Assembly (NCBI GenBank): GCA_963745835.1
Contig: CAVUZH010000016.1
Location: 448,001 to 512,000, forward strand
From: an uncultured delta proteobacterium
Lineage (GTDB): Bacteria; Desulfobacterota; Binatia; UBA9968
Direction: 5' to 3'
Length of the DNA: 64,000 nucleotides
This document shows positions 60,006-64,000 of the stretch, piece by piece; position 1 is the stretch's first letter; every line of letters begins with the position of its first letter. A program made the position numbers and the translations under genes. The notes under the pieces are model-generated. The model ran no database searches. It was not told the DNA's origin and saw only the letters and a list, made by a program, of their open reading frames with translations.

Positions 60006-60561
60006 ATGAATAAAAACATAACCCGCGAAGCTGGCGACATGGCCGACGTCGTTGAGAGAAACATTCAAGCCTTACTGTCCCGGCGTAACCAGGAGGAAAA
60101 GACAAAAGGCGTTCAAGACCGAATAGCGGATGCGAATAAGCCGCTTTGCCGGCAGCATGATTTTTGTCTACATACACCTAATCGTTTTTGGCGTTTGGAT
60201 CATTGTTAATCTCGGATGGACACCGTTACCAACCTTTGACCCCACCTTCGTGGTTTTGGCGATGTTCGCATCTGTAGAAGCGATTTTTCTTTCGACTTTC
60301 GTGCTGATCACGCAGAATCGAATGGCGGCGCAGGCCGACCGTCGCGCCGACCTCGACCTGCACATCAGTCTTTTGGCTGAACACGAAGTAACCCGGTTGA
60401 TCAGCCTCGTCACCACCATAGCCGAGCGCATGGGAATAGAACCGGCATCCGACCACCCGGAGTTGGCGGAATTGGAGAAAGATGTTGATCCGGAAAAGGT
60501 CTTGGAGAAAATCGAAGAGACAGAGTCAAATATGACTAAGAAAGCTTTGGATCAACTTTAA
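60006..60561 (+). CDS. DUF1003 membrane protein, frameshifted near 60135
   Basis: DRIAD.ISRFAGS, FDP.F..L and SVEAIFLSTFVLITQNR. Confidence 0.85.
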
Positions 60562-60620
60562 GCACGCTTGCGGATCCACGCCAAACCCCCGACACATCAG
60601 GTGCACCCTCGACCGCAATC

Positions 60621-61500
60621 CTAAGCCAATTTTCCCGGATCTTTGTAATAGTTCTTATAATACCACTCGGCGATTTCTCCACTGGTTGTGCGCCAGACGC
60701 CGTCATGAGAGCAAATGTAGTCGAGCGCCTTCTCCAGATAGGAAATTCGAAACGGCAGGCCGATGACGAACGGATGCAGCGGCAGGCAAAGCACCCGGCC
60801 GCCGGAAAGGCTGTCTCGGTAAAGCGTGTCAAAGTGATCGCACACCATCCGGTAATATTGTTCGGCCGTGTGGTTCTCGCGATTGAAGACCCGGATGTCG
60901 TTAACACCGAGCTCATAGGGCACGACGATCATTCTTCCTGTCTTCACCCGCATCGGTGTGGGCTGCTCGTCGTTGCCCCAATCGCAAACGTATTCGAATC
61001 CTTCGGCGGCGAGATGATCCGGCGTGTCGAATGTCTCGCCCAGTCCGGGACCTAGCCAGCCTTTCGGCTCTTTGCCCGTCGATGCAGTGATAATCTCTTT
61101 AACCTTGTGGATGATGCCACGCTCTTCATCAACCGAGTAATCGAGCATCGACACGCTGTTGGTCAAACCGTGTCCGAGCCATTCCCAGTTCCGTTTATTG
61201 CCTTCTGCAATAATCTCGGGATGGTGTTCGCAAACCTCGGCATTGAGCAGAACGCTGGCACGTATTCCGAATTTATCGAGCACATTCATGATCCGGAATA
61301 CGCCCACCCGTGATCCATAGTCGCGCAGAGTATAGCCCGGCACGTCCGGCTTATGATTGCTGCCTGAGCCGCGAATCGGCATGTCGAAATGAAAGTATTC
61401 AATATTGGGCGCCACCCAGAGGGCGATGCGGCCATTGTCGGGCCAGGCGATTTTTTCTCGACCGGATGATCGGACTGTAATCGTAGCGCGGATTTTTCAT
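60621..61500 (-). CDS. Polysaccharide deacetylase family (PuuE allantoinase-like), frameshifted near 61460
   Basis: MKNPRYDYSPI..WPDNGRIALWV, DYGSRVGVFRI, LGHG, PKGWLGPG and LHPFVIG. Confidence 0.88.
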
Positions 61501-61596
61501 TGATCGCTTACTCCTTCGCGATAACTAATTAGTCTGGTTAGAAAGTAAAGTACGTCATTCACAGATACTTGTCGCGGTTCTTCTACAAATATTCAT

Positions 61597-61626
61597 TTGA
61601 CACATCATTGCGGCGTTTGCTACAAG
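61597..61626 (+). promoter_or_regulatory. Putative sigma70 promoter for the DUF4212/SSS operon
   Basis: TTGACA-18 nt-TACAAG with a TG extended -10. Confidence 0.35.
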
Positions 61627-61807
61627 CCGTCCAGAGCCCGTTCACTGCGTTTCGCATGGCCATCTCTAAAAGCTGTGGCGCAGTGATGATCCCCACCCCA
61701 AAGCGTGGCGGCCCGGTGCAGGCGCACGCTTTGAAAGGCTTACATCTGCCGCTATGACCGGTTTGGCTTCAAGGTGACAGGAAACGATTAGCATCGAGGA
61801 GGTGCTC

Positions 61808-62078
61808 ATGGCCGATCTCACAGAGGAGCAGCGAAAGTCGTATTGGCGTTACAACATCAAACTCACCACCATTCTCCTGGTCATTTGGTTCGTCGTGACC
61901 TACCTTATCTCCGGACTCTGGGCGGGTTGGCTCAATCAGTTCTCGTTTCCTAGGATTCCCACTCGGCTACTACATGGCGGCGCAGGGATCGCTGGCGATC
62001 TTCGTCATCGAGATCGCGGTGTATGCCTATCTGATGAACAAGCTCGACAAAGAGTACGGCATTGTGGAGGGAGATTGA
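61808..62078 (+). CDS. DUF4212 small membrane partner of a solute symporter, frameshifted near 61950
   Basis: YWRYN..L...LL.IWF.V...LN...LG.PLGYYMAAQGS...MNKLDKEYG. Confidence 0.85.
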
Positions 62079-62080
62079 CC

Positions 62081-64000
62081 ATGAGCCTGGCAAAAATCTT
62101 CACTTATTACACCATCGGATTTATTGGCGTAACGATTCTGATCGGCATTGCCGAACAGTTGTTTGGTTTGCCGCCTAATTGGATCGGTTGGATCTTTATG
62201 GGCCTGTCGCTGGGTATCTATATCGTTATCGGAATCGTCACCCGCACTTCCAACCCCGACCAATACTATGTCGCTGGACGGGGCGTTCCCTCCGTCTTTA
62301 ACGGCATGGCCACCGGTTCCGATTGGATGTCGGCCGCTTCTTTTATCTCGATGGCCGGGGCGCTTTCGGCACAAGGCTTCGCCGGTCTCGCTTACGTCAT
62401 GGGTTGGACCGGCGGTTATTTATTACTCGCTGTCTTTCTCGGCCCTTACTTGCGCCAGTTCGGCGCCTATACCATTCCGGATTTTCTCGGCGCGCGTTAC
62501 GGCGGCAATTTCGCCAGAATCATCGGCGTCGTCGCCGCGATCGCCTGCTCGTTTACCTACCTGATCGCCCAGGTGACCGGCGTCGGCCTGATTGTCTCGC
62601 GCTTTATCGGCTTGGATTTCAATATCGGCGTGTTCGTCGGCCTGATCGGCGTCTTGTTTTGTTCGGTTTTAGGCGGCATGAAGTCCGTGACTTGGACCCA
62701 GGTCGCTCAGTACATCATTCTGATCGTTTCCTATCTGGTGCCGGTAGTCTATCTGTCATACCAGCTTTTCGCGATTCCGATACCCGAGCTGACTTACGGC
62801 CGGCGTGCTGCAGACCAATAATGCCAAAGCCATCGAGATCACCCGGGATGCCAGGGAGAAGGAGACCCGTGCGCTGTGGGCAAAGGAGGCGGAGCAGGCC
62901 AATGCCAAGCTCAAGGCAGGCAACGTCGATGAAGCGACCGCCGAGAAACTCAAGGCGGACGCAAAAATTGCAACCCAGCAGGCGACCGCCCCCGCAGCCA
63001 GCGACGATGCCACGATCGGTCGTTATCTGACAGTGCCAACCGGCGTCGGCATGTGGAATTTTCTGGCCTTGACCTTTTGTCTGATGGTAGGCACCGCCGG
63101 CCTGCCCCATATTCTCACTCGTTATTACACAACGCCGTCCGTGCGCCAGGCGCGGACATCGGTGGCGTGGTCGCTGTTCTTTATTTTCCTGCTCTATTTC
63201 ACTGCGCCGGCCTATGCGGCTTTCGCCCGGTTTGTCATTTACGCGCGCTTGGTCGGAACGCAGATTGCCGAGTTACCGCGTTGGGTAACGCTTTGGCAGC
63301 CCGCCGGTCTTTTCGAGGTCATCGATAAAAACGGCGATGGCATCGTTCAGTGGGCGGACTTCGTGGTCAAATCCACCGACTTCGTCGTCTTGTCGATGCC
63401 GGAGGTCGCCGGCCTGCCGTTTGTCATCACCGGCCTGGTGATGGCCGGCGGCCTGGCGGCGGCGCTGTCTACGGCAGACGGCTTGCTGTTGACCATCGCC
63501 AACGCCTTCTCACACGATCTCTACTATAACGTCATCGATCCCCAAGCGTCGCTGGCCAAAAGGCTCATGATCACCAAGGTTTTGCTGGTAATAACCGCGC
63601 TGGTAGCGGCTTGGGTGTCAACTTTCCGTGTCGCCATCATAGTCGAGCTGGTCGCGTGGGCTTTTAGTTTGGCGGGCGCATCCTTCTTTCCCGCTCTGGT
63701 CATGGGCATCTGGTGGCGTCGCGCCAACAAGGCCGGGGCTTGCGCCGGCATGATCGCGGGTCTCGCGGTGACCGCCTATTATATGATCGGCAGCCGCTTC
63801 TACGGCATTTCATGGTTTGGCACTCAGACCATTGCCTCGGCGGTTTTCGGACTACCGGTAGGTTTCCTGACGATCTGGATCGTGTCGCTCTTGACCGAGG
63901 CGCCACCCAAGCCTGTTCAGGATCTGGTGGCAAGCGTTCGTTATCCCAAATCCGGGCAGGCTATAACCTCCGATCCATTAGGCCGCGGGGTACCGATCGG
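62081..64000 (+). CDS. Sodium:solute symporter (ActP/VC_2705 subfamily), frameshifted near 62803; runs off the window end
   Basis: YYVAGRGVP..NGMATGSDWMSAASF, GWTGGY, TIPDFLGARY, GGMKSVTWTQ, GTAGLPHIL and ALSTADGLL. Confidence 0.92.

Noticed and set aside
61802-62821. Apparent DUF4212-symporter fusion ORF
   Set aside because: Created by an indel near 61950; DUF4212 has its own stop at 62076-62078 and the symporter its own ATG at 62081

Overview
Bacterial chromosomal window. The gene repertoire is suggestive of a Deltaproteobacteria-like lineage such as Candidatus Binatia, but this is inference only. The assembly has many single-base indels; even trpC is split, so most frameshifts are probably read errors. 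Layout: (1) 1-5.2 kb argS-SPOR-trpD-trpC-trpF-trpB. (2) 7.5-17.7 kb stress/proteostasis cluster: histidine phosphatase, Usp, thioredoxin-fused NhaA, cardiolipin synthase, PQQ sugar dehydrogenase, TrxC and FtsH. (3) 17.9-21.7 kb partly decayed acyl-CoA catabolic cluster. (4) 21.9-32.4 kb gene-poor accessory region with orphan micro-ORFs, gene remnants and an intact IS3-family element with a 4-bp target duplication. (5) nfeD-floA operon. (6) 39.1-45.2 kb Rieske/cytochrome b6-type complex with an octaheme cytochrome c and a cupredoxin-like protein. (7) ispF, transporters, an atypical M20 enzyme, a molybdopterin oxidoreductase, a His-ringed beta-propeller with a DUF2249-like N-terminus, an AbgB-like amidohydrolase, a PuuE-like deacetylase and a DUF4212/sodium:solute symporter pair. 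No rRNA, tRNA or CRISPR array was seen. The best candidates for undescribed biology are the MFS + His-ring propeller operon, the octaheme/cupredoxin Rieske-b complex, the tLST-like stress cluster and the orphan micro-ORF island.
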